This document shows positions 54,301 through 63,506 of a stretch of 64,000 nt of DNA, one piece after another. Each line of letters starts with the position of its first letter. Position 1 is the stretch's first letter. The notes beneath the pieces were generated by a model, which made no database searches, had not been told where the DNA came from, and saw nothing but the letters and a program-made list of their open reading frames with translations. The DNA lies in NCBI GenBank assembly GCA_050250755.1, contig JBFWOB010000030.1:14322-78321 (forward strand), read 5' to 3'. Made by a program: the position numbers and the translations under genes. This DNA comes from Hyphomicrobiaceae bacterium (GTDB lineage: Bacteria; Pseudomonadota; Alphaproteobacteria; Rhizobiales; Hyphomicrobiaceae).

Positions 54301-55150
54301 TACGATGCATTGCCCCGTGATTGTCTGCCCGGTTGTAGAGAATCGGTGTCACCCCCTTAGCCGTCCATTGGGTTGTCTCAATGCTTTCCTGGCCGGGCGA
54401 GTACGCTCCAAAAGCGTAAGCCTGCGGAGTTGTTTCGCCGAGCCGACGATCCGCGGCCAGGGCGTCCATCATGTAGCGCAGGACGGGGTCGTTGATGCTA
54501 TAGCCGACGAAACACACGATGTAGTTGGCCAGCAACTCACTGACGAACCGCGCTGCCCATCGTTCGGTAAGATAAGCCAAACCAAAGTCGCCGCTTGTGA
54601 TGATCAAGCGGTTCAAGTCCATGGCGTCATCGACGCGCTTGGGCAGCTTGCCATGGAGGTAGACGAGGCCATTCCAGCGGCTTGCCTTTGGGATGGGCAG
54701 GGACGGCGCCAAGCAGGAGTTGAACGCAACCTTGAACCGCTTCCCCGCACGGTCAAACAGCTCGTCGAAGTTGGTTGTGACAAGCCGCAAGGAGCCGTCT
54801 GAGACCCGCCCCAGCCGCAGTAAAGCTTGATGGGTATCGAGAGCCCCCACCCGACGCCATTTCGGCTTTAGCGCCTGCTGCAGTGCCTTATGAAGCGTGA
54901 GGCGCTGGCCGGGCAGGCGGCGCTCAAGAAGATCCAGAGCGGTGTCGTACTGCTCCGAATCCAAGGCGCTTTTTTCCGCTGCCAAGGGTGACGTGCCTGT
55001 GATCTCGAAAATGCGCGTCACGAGCTTTGCGAAGCTCGGCAGGTCGGCCGGGTATGAAATGCCGGCCCCGCAAAAGAAGACGACCTTCCCCTCTTCGTGG
55101 GCATCAAGCAGGAGTTCAGGAATGTCGGGGCCGTTGGCAATAAACTGCAT
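51341..55150 (-). CDS. SIR2-like domain fused to ~1000-aa uncharacterised domain (DSR-like)
   Basis: N-terminal motifs VVFFCGAGIS, LVTTNFD, VYLHGK and CFVGYSINDP. The remainder is helical and W/L/R-rich with no nameable motif. Confidence 0.8.
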   Translation of the reverse strand: MQFIANGPDIPELLLDAHEEGKVVFFCGAGISYPADLPSFAKLVTRIFEITGTSPLAAEKSALDSEQYDTALDLLERRLPGQRLTLHKALQQALKPKWRRVGALDTHQALLRLGRVSDGSLRLVTTNFDELFDRAGKRFKVAFNSCLAPSLPIPKASRWNGLVYLHGKLPKRVDDAMDLNRLIITSGDFGLAYLTERWAARFVSELLANYIVCFVGYSINDPVLRYMMDALAADRRLGETTPQAYAFGAYSPGQESIETTQWTAKGVTPILYNRADNHGAMHRTLQEWAKTYIDGVSGKEAIVVKHASARPSLSTREDDFVGRMIWALTHQSGLPAMRFADLSPPPPLDWLGAFSKQDFGHRDLSRFGIPAPPPEDETLSYSLLARPAPHTHAPWMTVVTHQHRQSRWDHVMSHLARWLLRYLGDPSLLLWAVESGAVLHDAFAWDIGRALDRIDDLEHAGNTHELTALQNESPRSIPTAQMRTLWRHLLEGRVRSPRFDADFFTWSKQLKRTGLTTGMRLQLRDILAPRISISRARRGPHAELPANSSDRDQLKADVACKLVLACDHAGSALDELRSTEEWSAALPALLTEFETLLKDALDIARDVGAASPQFDDSRWNLPSIEPHWQNRGFQDWVILIELVRDAWLAVQKADGDRAAAVATHWLSVPYPTFTRLALFAASYGGIPSAEWVDHLIADDGWWLWSVDTHREVLRLFVQQGPALSQQLRTGLEIAIHKGPPRWMYRRDLSAAEWRGIVNRGKYLRLCKLMSDEAPLGAASLALLATPPAGFGGWQQVREHERNEFISWMSGTGDPDFEDQRQIDFAPTKRRELVGWLMKERPEKTSILYDDTWPETCRKHPLQAGCALADLADRGVWLKDRWRAAFYSWSEKRLPRRTWYYFAPIIDRMPNDVRSHCAAAISCWLEGAARSVHPHQRIFFSLCEHVLASRHPDNETTRYVDAAINHPVGHITQAILNYWLAGNPKDGQGLPADIRAILERVLSANGRPFLFGIVIAAAQAVSLFRADPDWTHDHLLLLFGWTHSDRAKPAWEGFLWSARLYKPLMIAIKPAFLETARHYAELDPQAARIYAQLLTYAGLDLIEGYTFPNIAEALSVFPEKGLIEVTRTLANAIGAAADKKADYWTNRIAPFWRGTWPKEIRITSAPLSEALANLAIAADDQFPAAFRMAEPLLCPIEHLHYLCRKLGKSKLPSLFPRETLQLLDAIVPKTPRHPLGDLLRVLEQIKQAQPGLERTTPFDRLMILARQAKQ

Positions 55151-55293
55151 GACATTGCCCTCAGCAAGTTAGCTCGTGCCCGCATGCATATGGGGGTGAT
55201 TCGCCCTGTTGCGGATGGTGAGTGTGGGTGGGAGGGAGGAGAGAGGCAACAACGCAGCCTCCATTGATCCAACGGGATGCAGAACGGTCGGTG

Positions 55294-56325
55294 TTATCGG
55301 CGGCCGGTCCCGTCCCAAACAGGCAAGCGATCCACGTCCTCCGTCTGAACATCTTCCCGCCGTCCGTCGTAGAGTTTCGTGGTGACCACCGAGGAGTGGT
55401 TGGCCAGCCTCCGCGCTTCCTCCATCATTCCCCCGGCGTTCAGGAACTCCGTAATCCCCGTCGCCCTAAAACTGTGGTTGGTGATGCCCTCGATGCCCAG
55501 CTTACCGGTGCGATGCTTCACCATCTGGTAGCAGACCATGTTGGTGACGGGTTTGGCGGTGAGCAGCTTGCGGCCCTTGTCCCATTTGCGGAACAACCAG
55601 CCCTCCGGATTGGGCTCGCAATCCTTGGCGGGATGGGTGGAGCGCCCGAGATACTCGCACAGGTACTGCTCAAGCATCGGATGACAGGGCACCTTGTGAA
55701 TCTTGCCACGCTTTTCCTGCAGCCTCAGATGCAGGCGGCCGCCCGTCCGGTAGAGGCTGCGGTGCCTCAGCTTGCACACCGCGCCCACGCGGGCGCAGCT
55801 GTAAGCCATTACGGCGATGATGGCGCGGTCGCGGAGGTCACGCAGGTTGTCGGTGTCGAAGCTAGCCAGCAGGCGCGACATGTCGGCAAATTTGAGCTGC
55901 AACGCGCGCCCGGTGTTCTCCGAGTCATCGGATACCTTGAGGTCCAGGGTGGGATTGGCGGGAATGGCGCCGCCGCAGACCAGCGCTTTGAAATAGCCAC
56001 GCAGACAGGCCAGCGTTTGCGCCCTGGTCCGTGGCGACAGGTCGCCTTTTTGGGGCGCCTGACGGACGCGTTGCAAACCCTTGACGTAGTTGCTGAGGTG
56101 CGTGGGCGTAAGGTCGGCAAGGGATGCGAATTCTCCGTGCTCCGCCCATTCCAGAAACGCCCTCAGGATGCGGAAATAGGCCTCCGCGGTGAGCTTGTTG
56201 CGTTGCTTGCTGAAAAACGAGCGGGTGAGCTCCGGCGCCTTGGGGTGGGTGGCGTAGAGAATATCCGGCAACCAGCCGTCAATTTCCCGCTGCAGGTCCG
56301 ATGCGTCCATAACCGACACTGCCAT
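55294..56325 (-). CDS. Tyrosine recombinase / integrase
   Basis: 343 aa. AYSCARVGAV...HSFRATGITE...TTKLY matches the R..HxxR..Y signature. Confidence 0.85.
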   Translation of the reverse strand: MAVSVMDASDLQREIDGWLPDILYATHPKAPELTRSFFSKQRNKLTAEAYFRILRAFLEWAEHGEFASLADLTPTHLSNYVKGLQRVRQAPQKGDLSPRTRAQTLACLRGYFKALVCGGAIPANPTLDLKVSDDSENTGRALQLKFADMSRLLASFDTDNLRDLRDRAIIAVMAYSCARVGAVCKLRHRSLYRTGGRLHLRLQEKRGKIHKVPCHPMLEQYLCEYLGRSTHPAKDCEPNPEGWLFRKWDKGRKLLTAKPVTNMVCYQMVKHRTGKLGIEGITNHSFRATGITEFLNAGGMMEEARRLANHSSVVTTKLYDGRREDVQTEDVDRLPVWDGTGRR

Positions 56326-56340
56326 GCGGGCTTAAAAAAC

Positions 56341-56736
56341 TTAAATATAATGTCGATTATGTTTCGTTTTGTGAGAGGGGGGTGTGTTTTCGCAGCAAAC
56401 CGCCAACTGCTCCCCATCGCCCTGATTACCGCGCGTGTTCACCCATTCGCCGGGCACCCCGAGCGGGCATCGGGGGGCGGGATAGCGGCCGACCTTCGCG
56501 TTCCAATACCTCCATGCGCGGGCGGGGATGATGCCCGGCGGTGCCTGGTCGATTGCAGCTGCGAGGCCTTCCAGACCGATGTGTTCCAACAGCAGCGCCA
56601 TGTCCTCATCCGTTGAGGCCTTCATGGCATACGCCATCAGCTCGATGGGCTGGGCAAGGCTTTCTTCCGGCGGCTTGAACCATACGATCCGGCGGGCAGC
56701 ACGAAGGAATTCCGGCGTTTGCGGAAACGGCCTCAT
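56341..56736 (-). CDS. Hypothetical protein
   Basis: 131-aa ORF with plausible composition and no motif. Confidence 0.4.
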   Translation of the reverse strand: MRPFPQTPEFLRAARRIVWFKPPEESLAQPIELMAYAMKASTDEDMALLLEHIGLEGLAAAIDQAPPGIIPARAWRYWNAKVGRYPAPRCPLGVPGEWVNTRGNQGDGEQLAVCCENTPPSHKTKHNRHYI

Positions 56737-56982
56737 CGATCACCATTCCCATCACGATGTCGGCGCGCTGTCCGTTTCAGGCTCGGCAGCCGCAACGGGT
56801 CCACGGCGACTGCCGCTTTCACAAGCGGTTTTAGGAGCGGTCAGTGTGGCTGACCCCGATGGGCAGCCGCGCACATCGAAGCTCAGCACCCATATAGCGA
56901 AATTCAGGTCCCAGAAGCACGGCGATCTCATCGAGAACGAATATCAGACCGGGTGCCCAAGGAGGGACAGGGACAATTGCCA

Positions 56983-57252
56983 TCAATAATGAAATTGGTC
57001 ACGCTTCGCGTCATAAGCCTCCACCAGATCCTTCCAATTCAAGAATTCCGTGTGCTTGTCACTGCCTTCCGGTGCGCCTTCCAGCAATTCACACCGACGC
57101 TCGACTTCACGGGCCAGTTCGTCAGCAGCCTCCACGAATTCGCGGAAACTCTCGCCTCCGGGCAGGTCTTGCCAGGCGCCGAACCTCCAGACCGCGCCCG
57201 CTGCCTGCAAGGCCTTTACCGCCGCATACCGCATCCGGTCGAGGTCACTCAT
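56983..57252 (-). CDS. Hypothetical protein
   Basis: 89 aa from ATG 57252 (MSDLDRMRY). Overlaps the upstream stop by 8 nt. Confidence 0.4.
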   Translation of the reverse strand: MSDLDRMRYAAVKALQAAGAVWRFGAWQDLPGGESFREFVEAADELAREVERRCELLEGAPEGSDKHTEFLNWKDLVEAYDAKRDQFHY

Positions 57253-57550
57253 TGATGAACTCCTTGTCCACTGCGTCACTCCTCCGATCCCAACTGCCGC
57301 CGGTAACAAGGCGCGGGCGCCATGCGCAACGCTTCTCGAGGCGATGCTCCACAAGAATGGCCACAAACACTTGGCTGCGGGCTTTGCCCACGAATAACCG
57401 CTCGTCGTCGATCATGCCTTTGAGGAACCCCCGGAATGGCCCCTTGACCGCTTCGGTGCGTTGGAACGGAACGACACAATCGGCCTGCATCAGCGACCAC
57501 TCCGACGTCCAGTCCGCCCCCAAAACCAAGCTGATATAAACCGAAGCCAT
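57245..57550 (-). CDS. Hypothetical protein
   Basis: 101 aa from ATG 57550 (MASVYISL). Confidence 0.35.
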   Translation of the reverse strand: MASVYISLVLGADWTSEWSLMQADCVVPFQRTEAVKGPFRGFLKGMIDDERLFVGKARSQVFVAILVEHRLEKRCAWRPRLVTGGSWDRRSDAVDKEFINE

Positions 57551-57812
57551 GACCACGCTGCGCACGTTCACCTCCGCGCACGGATTTGCCGCCGATCGCT
57601 GCGTTGCGCGATACAGGCGGGACTGCCGCGGCTCAGGCCAGCGCAGCCACAATTCCTCCCTGGTCCGGCGGCAAACCCTTCGTGCCGGGGCCGCGAAACG
57701 CATCCTTCCCGGAGGGTGTGGGCCCGACTATCCCGAACAGGGCCCCTGCCCCGGCGCCCTTCGCGCCGTTCATTCCGGTGCCTGGACAGCGCGTTTTCGG
57801 ATGTAATGCACA

Positions 57813-58190
57813 CTACAAATCGTTGGCGCACCGGGCTTGCTCCATTCTTCTCTTCAAGCTTTTCAGATTGCGCGCGGATACGTCCCCGGCTTCCCGGATA
57901 AGCGGCTGGTGCGTGCGCGACACCAACCGCGGCACATACCAGCGCTGCGGATAGCGCCCGAGCATCACGACATCGTCTTCCAGCAGCTCGCGCAGCATGC
58001 GCACGCGCCGTTTCATGTCTGCTTCCAATTGCGCGGCCTGCGCGCATTCATCCGCCTCGATGCGCTTTTCGACATCGCCATGCTCCAGAAGAAAAACCAC
58101 CAGGAGACCGCAAAAGGCCGCCCACACCCAGAACGCCCGTTTTTTTGCGGGGACGGGTGGGTCCCCATTCATCTTCTCGCTTCCCTTCAC
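57813..58190 (-). CDS. Hypothetical membrane protein
   Basis: One TM helix (FWVWAAFCGLLVVFLL) followed by a charged helical tail. Confidence 0.4.
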   Translation of the reverse strand: MKGSEKMNGDPPVPAKKRAFWVWAAFCGLLVVFLLEHGDVEKRIEADECAQAAQLEADMKRRVRMLRELLEDDVVMLGRYPQRWYVPRLVSRTHQPLIREAGDVSARNLKSLKRRMEQARCANDL

Positions 58191-58508
58191 CCGCGCACCC
58201 TCACGCCGACCCGATCCCGGCCGCGCCGGCGGCCGGTTCGCTGAAGCTCATCCGGTTCAATCAATGGGCACCCGGAGGTGATGCCTCCGGAAAAGGCTCC
58301 GCGGCGCAAACCCCAACGCCGCGGAGCGTGACCCTTACCCTCGTCGGGCCACCACCGCACAATACCAGACGGTACACCGTCATTTGTGATGCGTTCCCGC
58401 CGTTTTCTCGCCGGGAATAAGGCGGTGTCGCGCAGTTGCAGCACTGCATCACCGCATCGCGCGATCCTTCCGTGCAAATTTGACGGGCGGCGCGTGCCTC
58501 CGCACGCT

Positions 58509-59072
58509 ATGGGGACGAACGAAAGCTGCCGTGTGAGCCCCGATGCGCCGCGTCACCCATCGCCGCGCCGAAAGGCGGTCAGCGTTCTCCTGGAGCGCGC
58601 CAACGCCCGCTTCCATGAAATACTGCGGCGGACGGACCCGAACCTGTTCGCCTGCGGTGGAGACGCTGCTGCGGAACCCGTGCCACTTCGCGAAATCGTG
58701 GACGCGGTTAACTTCGTCGGCCAGTGGCCGTCGCGTATCCTTCAGTCCAGCCGGTTGCCCCGCTCCCTCACGCATGTCCGGCAGACAACGGCCCTGATGG
58801 CCGTTTCGCTGAGCAGCGAGAACCCCCGCACCATCGCCCATCAACTCGGCCGGTTCGACCGGTCGGCCATCGTTCTCGGTGCCAGCGCCGCCCGGAAGCG
58901 CCTCGAGAGAGGAGAGCAACCCAGCCTGGATCTGTTCACGGCCGCCCTTGTCGTGCTGATGCGCTCTTATCCGACGGCGCATGTCCATCTCGACAGCGCG
59001 CTTCGGCAATGTGCGTCCGACACGCTTCTTCGCCATGCGAATGCGCAATCATCGGACGCACGTGGCGTTTAA
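58509..59072 (+). CDS. DnaA domain-IV-like HTH protein
   Basis: LREIVDAVN...SSRLPRSLTHVRQTTALMAVSLS...IAHQLGRFDRSAIV resembles the Bac_DnaA_C pattern. Both frame and start are uncertain. Confidence 0.4.
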   Translation: MGTNESCRVSPDAPRHPSPRRKAVSVLLERANARFHEILRRTDPNLFACGGDAAAEPVPLREIVDAVNFVGQWPSRILQSSRLPRSLTHVRQTTALMAVSLSSENPRTIAHQLGRFDRSAIVLGASAARKRLERGEQPSLDLFTAALVVLMRSYPTAHVHLDSALRQCASDTLLRHANAQSSDARGV

Positions 59073-59215
59073 TCGTGTGTATGGCGACGGGGCCGCTCGG
59101 TCTTGCTTCGCCGCGCAGAACCGGCCTCGTCCGCCATGTGCGTTTGGGCAATTGGCAAACGCGGACTGCCCTCATCAGAACGTACGGAGAGCCGGTGAGG
59201 GACCTTGAGCAACCG

Positions 59216-59587
59216 CTACGCCGATTCCAGGCATTCTTTGACCGCGGCGAGCAGCTGGCGCCGGGTAAAGGGTTTTGACAGGCACGCAGCAGGACCGCCA
59301 GGCGGGGGCCCCAGCAGTTCCTCGACTTCTTCCGCCCAGGCGGTGAGGAAAATCACCTTCGGCGGCCGAGGACGCGCCTGCAGTGCCTGCCAGAGGCCAA
59401 GGCCGCCAAGCGGAGCGTTGGTCCAATCGGAAATCACGAGATCGGCTGTCTCCAGTCTTGGATCAGCCAGCGCGTTGCTGCCTGACGCGTGAGCCGTGGG
59501 GGCATAGCCCGCTTCGCGCAATATTCCGGAGATCGCGCCAATTGTCGCGCGGTCGTCGTCGACGATAATGATGCTCGGTGCTGTCAT
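59216..59587 (-). CDS. Single-domain response regulator (receiver)
   Basis: IIIVDDD, LVISDW and LSKPF match the REC signature. Confidence 0.8.
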   Translation of the reverse strand: MTAPSIIIVDDDRATIGAISGILREAGYAPTAHASGSNALADPRLETADLVISDWTNAPLGGLGLWQALQARPRPPKVIFLTAWAEEVEELLGPPPGGPAACLSKPFTRRQLLAAVKECLESA

Positions 59588-59668
59588 TCGCTGCTCCGAT
59601 GTGATGCTGCGGCGCGAGCCCGGCGTCCGCGGATCGTGCCGTGAACGAAGCCTCCAAAGGCACGCTTC

Positions 59669-60376
59669 CTAAAGCTCCGCCTCATCACATTTCATCCGTT
59701 CCTGCGATGGACGGAATCGGGTCATCCGTGAAGCCGTCCGGACCCAACGTCCGGCCCAGCCGTTGGCAGCACTCGCCCTCTCATGAGCGACGACAGGGTT
59801 GTGCACGCCGTCCGCCCTCGTTGCGCAGAACCGCACGGAAAGATTGGTCACCGTCAGTTCAGGCGTGCGCGCCAGCGCCATGGTCAGTGTGTTCTGGTCC
59901 ACCAAGCCCCGGCGCGTGCCGTCGCTGAACTCAGCCCATCGGTGGAGAAACGACACCGTGCCGTCCGTCGCGCGGAGCACCATGGTGCCGGAACGCAATC
60001 CCAGTCTCGGCGTTCCGAGCCGGTCTTTGCCGAGGCGCATGTGCAGCCCGATGTCCGTCTTGATGGCCGCGAGATCATCGAGGGGCGCGAATACAATCGC
60101 ATCCACGTCAAGAAAGATGATCGTTGTGCGCGCATGCCGCCGCATCGCCTGGATCATCATTGCAGGCTTGCGCAGCGTGTTGCGTGCCCAGCCGCCCCGA
60201 CGCTTGTCTACAGAGACGAAATCATGCGGCGCGCCAACCTTGTCGAGACTGGCCCGCAGTGGTGTCACCCATGCCGCATAGTCGGGCGTGTACCAGCCGC
60301 AGACGACGAAGTTTTTCTCACCTTCGTCCGCTCGGCCGACGTCAGCCGTACCGTTTTTTTCCATCGCACGCCCCAT
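59669..60376 (-). CDS. Putative nucleotide-diphospho-sugar transferase
   Basis: DxD-like motif IIFLDVDAIV. About 230 aa. Tentative. Confidence 0.4.
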   Translation of the reverse strand: MGRAMEKNGTADVGRADEGEKNFVVCGWYTPDYAAWVTPLRASLDKVGAPHDFVSVDKRRGGWARNTLRKPAMMIQAMRRHARTTIIFLDVDAIVFAPLDDLAAIKTDIGLHMRLGKDRLGTPRLGLRSGTMVLRATDGTVSFLHRWAEFSDGTRRGLVDQNTLTMALARTPELTVTNLSVRFCATRADGVHNPVVAHERASAANGWAGRWVRTASRMTRFRPSQERMKCDEAEL

Positions 60377-60382
60377 CGACCT

Positions 60383-60892
60383 TTACGCCTTGCTCCTGCG
60401 CCCCCAAATCGACAACCGCCGGTACTCCGACGGCGTGACGCCAACTGCCGCGGTAAACACTTCGGTGAAGTGACGTTCTTTGCCGTAGCCTGCGCGCAGC
60501 GCCACCTCCCGAACGAGCAAGCGTCCCGTCACCAAAAGGTGCTTCGCGTACTGGATGCGTGCTTCCCGGATGAGATGGCCCGGCGACGGTGCGCCGATCT
60601 TGCCCAGTTCGCGCCTGAGCTTCGTGAGGCTGATATTGTCGATAGCGCGTGCCAGGTTTTGCGCGGTCAGCATGGCGTCGTCGTAAGCACGGCGCCGCGC
60701 ATCGTTCCAACCGTGCACCATCGCCTCCCGCCGGATGGCCTCACGCGCCTCCCATTCGCCGGCGATCCATTGCGACAGCACCTCGTGCACCCGGCGGAAG
60801 AACGGGGCAGACCGATAGGCTGGCGGCTTGCGGTCCCGCGCGACAACGGCATTGTCCTGCTCCATCGCAATCACCCAAGCGAAACACGCCAC
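60383..60892 (-). CDS. AraC-family transcriptional regulator
   Basis: C-terminal double HTH (IREARIQYAKHLL...VREVALRAGYGKERHFTEVFTAAVGVTPSEYRR). Confidence 0.8.
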   Translation of the reverse strand: MACFAWVIAMEQDNAVVARDRKPPAYRSAPFFRRVHEVLSQWIAGEWEAREAIRREAMVHGWNDARRRAYDDAMLTAQNLARAIDNISLTKLRRELGKIGAPSPGHLIREARIQYAKHLLVTGRLLVREVALRAGYGKERHFTEVFTAAVGVTPSEYRRLSIWGRRSKA

Positions 60893-61473
60893 ATCCGTTC
60901 GCGCCCAACGGTGTCGGGCACGGTGGGCAATTCATGACGTTCGGAATCCCCCTCGCGGCAAAGACCGGTACGTTGGCTAACTCACCAACGACCCTCTCTG
61001 CACGGGCGAAGTGCGTTTCCGGCGCAAGTTGGCGCGTTTCTGGAGGTTCGGCCGATTGTATGGGAGGCCGCCGACTTCAAATGGCAGCCTCATCCTTCGC
61101 CAGTGCGTTCCAGACCACTGCCGATGCACAAGCCCCCTCCCGCACCGCTTCGAATTTGTGCGGTTGCGAGCCTCATGCCTGCATGCGGCCGGACCCGTTC
61201 CCGACGGACGGCCCGACACCTCGAGGCGCCCGTGCCTCAAGCCATAGCAGGCGGTTCACCGTGAATTACGACTCCGTTCACGGCTTATTCTCGCCCAAAA
61301 TGTGACTTTCGGTGACACGCTCCTGCCACTTCTGTCCGTGCTCGAAGCGCTTCGCCGCACATCAATTATTACTGGGCAACATGCCGCGAACGGCGGCACC
61401 GCCCGACGGCTAACTGACCGCGACGGAAGTCGACTTATTCGGAGGAGAACTGCTCCCGTCGGCTCCAGACACG

Positions 61474-62169
61474 TTAACGAGGCCCGGCGTGCTCACCGGC
61501 GCTGGATTGCCCGTTTGCCGAAACAACGTGTGCCTGAGCCTGCGCCGGATCCGAAATCCCCGGAGGCAGCGACAGATCGAGCCAGCGCTTGTCAAACTGC
61601 TCGTATAGCTGCGGAGCCAGCTTGGTGTTCTGCGGCAGCAGACGAACCGCACTCCCTTGCGCGAACACGGTGATCGTTGCCTGCATGTCCGCCGGGCTCA
61701 TTCCGCTCATTTTCGTGCGCGATGCGGAATTGACGATGTGCGCCATCATGTTCCAGGCCACGCCCACCTTGTTGGTGAAGGCCACCTTGCCATGCTCGAT
61801 GCGGAAATCGGCGTGGATGACGGCGTCGCCACCAAGATGGCGGCACTCAAACCAGAGGCGGTCCTTGGCGTTCTCAAGCACGCCCCTCAGGTTCGGCGCC
61901 TGGCCGCGTTCGTTGCCGGTGACGGCAACGGCGAACACCGTGTCGATCAGCAGGTAAGGCATTCCCAGGTCGCCCTTCGCCACCCGGCGCGCAAGGGCCG
62001 TATCGATATCGCCCGACCGCATCCTCAGATAGTCCGCGAAGTCGTCGCGCTTCCGTTGCGCTTCCTCCAGCCGATCGCGCTCGGCCGCCTTCATGCGCCG
62101 TACTGCGAGTTTCTGCCGGTAGCCGTTCGGCATCCTCATCTCGACCACCCTTTGTCCGAACCCATTCAA
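61474..62169 (-). CDS. Hypothetical protein (possible YbjQ/UPF0145-like domain)
   Basis: The segment ...CRHLGGDAVIHADFRIE... weakly resembles YbjQ-type proteins. Confidence 0.35.
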   Translation of the reverse strand: MNGFGQRVVEMRMPNGYRQKLAVRRMKAAERDRLEEAQRKRDDFADYLRMRSGDIDTALARRVAKGDLGMPYLLIDTVFAVAVTGNERGQAPNLRGVLENAKDRLWFECRHLGGDAVIHADFRIEHGKVAFTNKVGVAWNMMAHIVNSASRTKMSGMSPADMQATITVFAQGSAVRLLPQNTKLAPQLYEQFDKRWLDLSLPPGISDPAQAQAHVVSANGQSSAGEHAGPR

Positions 62170-62395
62170 ATATGCCCTTCACACGCAACGCTGCGTGCGA
62201 GTCCCCACATATCCGCAGATGTCAGATCATCGGCCGAACCGCCACAAGTGCTTGGCGCGGCGTATGCCGAGTTATCCCCAACTGGGCGTCAGCTGTGTTG
62301 ACGGATTCAACATCAAACAGGACGTCGGCGCGGATGCTGAAGAGCGCAGGCGGCGGCTTGAGCCAACGCCGATCGCGCTGAGAGCCATTGTCTTG

Positions 62396-63091
62396 TCACG
62401 ATCCGAGCCCTCCGTGGCGCTGGTCCGGCTCATCCTCCGCGTGCATGGGCGAGGCAGCGTGGCGTGATCGCGACTTGAACGCACGACGCAAAAGCGGCTC
62501 GACCTCCTTGAGCCGTTCTCTCTGCTCCTTGAGGACGAGGCCGATCTCCCTTTCGATCGTCTCGGAGGCGCGAGCGCTGTTGTCCCCAGGGCTGTCAACT
62601 TCACGCGCAACGGCCGCCTTGTAGCGGTTCGACAGGTCGAGCAGGCGCCGTTCAGGCTCATAAAACGGGTCGGAGAGGTCGACACCTTGGTCCATGTGCC
62701 GCTCGGTCTCGCCACTGGTAATCACCCAATCGGCAACCTGGTAGCGCAGGGCCGTCGCGGCGACCTTCACCGCGGAGGAAATCTCGTCTGTCGAGGGACC
62801 GGCCAAGCGCGCAACGTTCCATGCCATGTACTGAATGGCTGCCAGGTACGAGGGCGTCTCGAATGACGCTGGATAAGCGCAGCCAATCCCTCGGCGTTGG
62901 CGCAGCTCTGTGTCTTTCAAAAGCATGAAATGGGAATATAAGCCGTGTGCAGCGAGGATCTGCCCGGCCAAGTGCGAAGGCCCAATGGAGGAAATGTTCA
63001 AACTCATAATAAGCAGTATATGGCCCGTATTATTTTTTTCAATGGGAAATAATACTTCTTTGAATTGCGCGGTCGTTCCCAATAGCAGCAT
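62396..63091 (-). CDS. Hypothetical protein
   Basis: 231-aa ORF. The 5' part and upstream region have lower GC. Confidence 0.35.
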   Translation of the reverse strand: MLLLGTTAQFKEVLFPIEKNNTGHILLIMSLNISSIGPSHLAGQILAAHGLYSHFMLLKDTELRQRRGIGCAYPASFETPSYLAAIQYMAWNVARLAGPSTDEISSAVKVAATALRYQVADWVITSGETERHMDQGVDLSDPFYEPERRLLDLSNRYKAAVAREVDSPGDNSARASETIEREIGLVLKEQRERLKEVEPLLRRAFKSRSRHAASPMHAEDEPDQRHGGLGS

Positions 63092-63506
63092 AAATCATCA
63101 GATACGGATCGTTTGGTAAACCATTATAATGGCTTGCGAATTGCGCTTACAGAATCATATCGCTGCACTTCATGCAGGCGGAGGGTGCAACTTCCATTAT
63201 CATGGCTGCCCTAACCCCTGTCCTTTCCTCATAACCCCGGACGTGATCGACTTGCCGACATACCGCGCCGGACAACGTCGAGGCATCCCAAAAGCTACCA
63301 TTGAGCGCGCTAAAGTCCGCGACGCCAAAGGAGCCGCCGACCGTGTCGGCTGTCGGAGGTATCGCGTCGCAAGATCAGATGTCGATCTTCTCCGCGATCT
63401 CGATCGAATCGTCGATGCCTATTCATAAAACCGCAAAAAGCGGGCAGGCGGTTCGGCAAAATCAAGCTTCATGACTTCGGACGTACGCGGCCAGGCACGA
63501 ATTGCG

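Noticed and set aside
51220-55293. imuA/imuB genes upstream of dnaE2
   Set aside because: I looked for RecA-like (ImuA) and Y-family-like (ImuB) ORFs. The only gene there is the SIR2 fusion, so none is present in the window.
55222-56616. 464-aa plus-strand ORF over the second integrase
   Set aside because: It is antisense to an integrase with an intact catalytic signature, and its composition is not protein-like.
56951-56969. Third copy of the att-like 19-mer beyond the second integrase (GGGTGCCCAAGGAGGGACA)
   Set aside because: Only 12/19 positions match, in an 8-nt block plus a 4-nt block. This is compatible with chance in GC-rich DNA, so it was not used as a boundary.
59783-60937. 384-aa plus-strand ORF spanning the transferase-like and AraC genes
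   Set aside because: It is antisense to two genes with recognisable motifs and is Arg/Pro/His-rich.
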